NCBI RefSeq assembly: GCF_032062105.1
Contig: NW_026933830.1
Span: forward strand, 310,001-374,000
Length of the DNA: 64,000 bases
From: Saccostrea cucullata
Taxonomy: Eukaryota
Direction: 5' to 3'
A program made the translations under genes and the position numbers. The notes under the pieces were generated by a model. That model made no database searches. It saw nothing but the letters and a program-made list of their open reading frames with translations, and was not told the DNA's origin. Below, piece after piece: positions 60,859 through 64,000 of this stretch (position 1 is its first letter; the number at the start of each line of letters is the position of its first letter).

Positions 60859-62742
60859 ATGGACGTGGAAGACGAAAACATTCTTGCAGGGATTTTTAAA
60901 GATTCTTTCCCTGAAAACTGGCAAGAAAATTCCGACTTCCTGCAGTACCTGAGTGAGTTGAGTTCATATGGAGTCCAAAAACTGTCACTTGAGCCTGATC
61001 ATCTGGCCGAAGAAAAGAACGAGATACTTCAAGCCACGCAGAACCTGGCTTTTCAGCACTACAAAACGTTCATAGAGACAGCTGAATGTTCAAGGGACAT
61101 TTTTAAAGATTTCCAAATAGTAGAAGAACATGTTGGAAACTTATTGGAAAAGTTGCCGAATTTCAGTGAGGAATGCAATGGTGTAATGCAGAAAGCCCAA
61201 GAAATTAACGCCAGTCGGCGAATGAATAATCTCACCCTTCAGCGACACACACAACTGCTAGAAATCCTCGAGATGCCACAATTGATGGACACATGTGTAA
61301 GGAACGGTTATTATGAAGAGGCGCTGGAACTCGCGGCTCATGTCAAACGACTGGAGAAGAAACATGGCAGTATTTCCATTATAGGGACGATAGTTACGGA
61401 GGTAAAAGGTTCCACACAGCTGATGCTGAAACAACTAATTCAACAGTTACGTACCAATATCCAGCTCCCAGCCTGCTTAAGGGTGATTGGTTACATTCGA
61501 CGAATGGATGTCTTTACAGAAACAGAGCTAAGAATCAAATTTCTTCAAGCGAGGAGTACTTGGTTTCAAGGAATTCTGAACTCGATTTCCAGAGAAGATC
61601 CATACGTGCACATAACAAAAACAATCGAGGCCAGCCGTGTGCATCTGTTTGACATCATTACGCAGTACAGAGCCATTTTCTCTGATGATGATCCGCTACT
61701 GAGCACAAAGAAAGACGACACGGTCAGCGAAGCATCTTTATTTCATGGATGGGTGGTTCACAAAATCTCTGAATTCCTGGCAACATTAGAACAAGATCTA
61801 ATGATGGGAGTGGGTGAAAGATTAGACTCTGTCTTAGGGCAGTGTATGTACTTTGGACTCTCTTTTAGTCGAGTTGGAGCAGATTTTCGGGGTTTGCTTG
61901 CTCCGATATTCCAACATGCTGCTGTCATGGGATTCAGAAACACAATGAAGGAAGCCAATAAAAGATTTGAATTAGACATGCAGTCTTATAATCTGTTAGC
62001 CCAGACGAGTACGGTGGGCTCAGTCCCATACATTGCACAAGGGAACGAACTCTATCCTCCAGCGATCCTCCTGGATTACTCCCCTTTAGCTGTTTATTGT
62101 AACCATGTTTTGAGTGGATTTAATGAACTGCGACTGTGTGCTCCGGTATCTGTTGCTCACGAGGTGGCTGAAGCTCTACAGAGTTCGCTCCTGGAAGTGA
62201 ACAATGTCATTCTGTCCTTTCACAGAGCGGAGGAGGCAACGTTTGATAAAAGGGAGCAGGAGAAATTCACCAAATTCTGTGACGTATACGGAGAAACTCT
62301 CCTACCCTATCTTCAGAAATGTCTCCAGGCTTTATTTCCACCTCAGCAGTTGTCTGCCCTTCTTGGTGTTCCTGTTAATTTACTGGATTTAAAAACCGTT
62401 CTAGGAAAAATCGAACATTTGATGCCAGAAAAAGAACAGCTGGAGACAACAGAGAAATCCAAGTCAGAAGAGAAGCAAGGGGAGTCAACGAACCATGTAA
62501 CAGAACAGAAATCACAAGATTTACCCATTAACCAAGCTCCTGCTCAGGAGAATGTTCATCTGGGGGAGGTGAGAGAGACCAAGACTGTAGAGACAGACTC
62601 TGGCCAACAGGGAGGGCCCAAAATCGTCCTCTCGACCCCCAACTCTGATAGAGAAGCCATAGACTCAGATTCAGAGACACCCAGTCAAGTCGTCTTCACC
62701 ACGAGTAGCTGTGAACATAGCGAACACAGTGATGTAGAGTGA
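60859..62742 (+). CDS. COG8: Conserved oligomeric Golgi complex subunit 8 (Dor1 family), single exon, 627 aa
   Basis: Uninterrupted ORF with motifs TQNLAFQHYKTFI, HTQLLEILEMPQLMDTCVRNGYYEEAL, IEASRVHLFDIITQYRAIF and QCMYFGLSFSRVGADFR. Low-complexity acidic tail. AATAAA near 62918. Confidence 0.95.
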   Translation: MDVEDENILAGIFKDSFPENWQENSDFLQYLSELSSYGVQKLSLEPDHLAEEKNEILQATQNLAFQHYKTFIETAECSRDIFKDFQIVEEHVGNLLEKLPNFSEECNGVMQKAQEINASRRMNNLTLQRHTQLLEILEMPQLMDTCVRNGYYEEALELAAHVKRLEKKHGSISIIGTIVTEVKGSTQLMLKQLIQQLRTNIQLPACLRVIGYIRRMDVFTETELRIKFLQARSTWFQGILNSISREDPYVHITKTIEASRVHLFDIITQYRAIFSDDDPLLSTKKDDTVSEASLFHGWVVHKISEFLATLEQDLMMGVGERLDSVLGQCMYFGLSFSRVGADFRGLLAPIFQHAAVMGFRNTMKEANKRFELDMQSYNLLAQTSTVGSVPYIAQGNELYPPAILLDYSPLAVYCNHVLSGFNELRLCAPVSVAHEVAEALQSSLLEVNNVILSFHRAEEATFDKREQEKFTKFCDVYGETLLPYLQKCLQALFPPQQLSALLGVPVNLLDLKTVLGKIEHLMPEKEQLETTEKSKSEEKQGESTNHVTEQKSQDLPINQAPAQENVHLGEVRETKTVETDSGQQGGPKIVLSTPNSDREAIDSDSETPSQVVFTTSSCEHSEHSDVE

Positions 62743-64000
62743 GGTCTAAATGGATGGAATATTTATATATTAAGGAATTTCTGTTTTGTTTGTTTACTAT
62801 TTAAAAAAAACATAGTAGTATTGTAGTAAGCAACAATGATCTTTAAATATTAAAATTATTATTAAATATTTTTGTGAAGTATATGTAAGAATTATTTATT
62901 ATTGGACATGTTATTTCAATAAATCTTGGGCCACCTCTGTTTTTGATTATTTAATTGTTCTATTTGTTTTCATTAAAATGCAATGATAAAATAGCCTTTA
63001 ACCGTGTTCAAGTAACATCCGACTTTCTACATGTGCTGGACTCGCTCTGAAATAGACATGTATAGGAAAACAGTTTTATAACATCAATCAGAGAGAATGT
63101 TTCACTCCAGGATCATTTTATGATATTAAATTCTACCCTAGATTTATTAAACATTGTTATACCTACACTAAAGTATTCATTGGATCAATAAATGAGATTA
63201 ATTCTGAATTTACAATTACCAATTTTATCCCCTGTTTTCCATGTGTTAGTCCTGGTTCGAAATTTGTATCAATATAATAAATCAGTTTACATATAATTAT
63301 ATCAGAAAGGGAGTTTAAAAGATTCCAATTCTACACAGGACTTTATTCTTGAATTTCTTTGGGTCTGCTGGTCTAGGCGGTGGGAAACTGGAATCCCCAC
63401 TCATTGGGGCCTGTCCAGTGAGAACTTGGAGTTGGACTGTCAAAAAGATGATGGAAGTTGTTACTTGAACTCTATTGTTGTGCTTAGTTAAGCCTAGTTT
63501 TCTTATTAAAGTGTGTTATTTGATTTTGGATCATGAACAACTGAATATTGGATGAAATATATATTTTTATCCACATCATATTTTTTTTTAATCTGACCAG
63601 CTTTAGTCAAAGAAGGATAATTCAATGTTTCTTTAAAAGTGAAAGTAGAGTTACGCCGCTTTGTTTTGTATGGAGCGATCATGTGATTGACACAGTTGGT
63701 CGTTGACTAAGCCAGAGGATGCTTAGTACTTTAGTGCAGTTTGAACCAGCAGTGACACAAACATGACGTGAAAATATCAGGATTAAAACAGAGCCACCTC
63801 AACGGTAAGTTACAAATTATCGGAGAAAAACTTAAGAGATTTTATGTACTAAGGTTATTTACTGGGGCTAACATCTATGTATCCTTTACTTGGATGATTT
63901 TTCAATAAATAATTAGGACCTACTATGAAATAATGTAAAACCAGTCAGAGAGTCGTAATTTTTAAAGTTTTAAATTTAGAATGTTTATTGTAATTAAAAA

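Noticed and set aside
62743-64000. Peptide deformylase (PDF) overlapping the COG8 3' end as in vertebrates
   Set aside because: No PDF-like coding sequence seen downstream within the window.

Overview
AT-rich, intron-rich animal DNA, most likely a bivalve/oyster (inferred from the Helentron-borne ~146-170 bp satellite arrays and gene content). Five protein-coding genes can be rebuilt exon by exon: (1) a coiled-coil + MIEAP/SPATA18-type C-terminal domain gene (minus, 2877-5027); (2) head-to-head with it, an atypical Hsp70 of the HSPA12 family (plus, 5896-8211); (3) a nine-repeat beta-thymosin gene built from eight identical-length 114-nt phase-1 exons (minus, 9716-26516); (4) O-GlcNAc transferase OGT, 20 coding exons (minus, 43809-53760); (5) an intronless COG8 (plus, 60859-62742). 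The rest is nested non-autonomous DNA elements (Helentron/HINE-like, mariner-, PIF- and CACTA-like MITEs), Penelope-like and SINE fragments, and minisatellites. Three observations stand out. (a) The MIEAP-type partner of HSPA12 has a GrpE-like layout (long coiled coil plus a 'G..FD...H....V.P......G.L....V' head), suggesting a divergently transcribed Hsp70/nucleotide-exchange-factor pair. (b) Four independent intronic minisatellites are tandem amplifications of an exon 3' end plus its own GT donor. (c) OGT intron 4, the position of the mammalian O-GlcNAc-responsive detained intron, contains a decoy/poison-exon-like cassette and hairpins. Coordinates were read by eye and may be off by a few bases.
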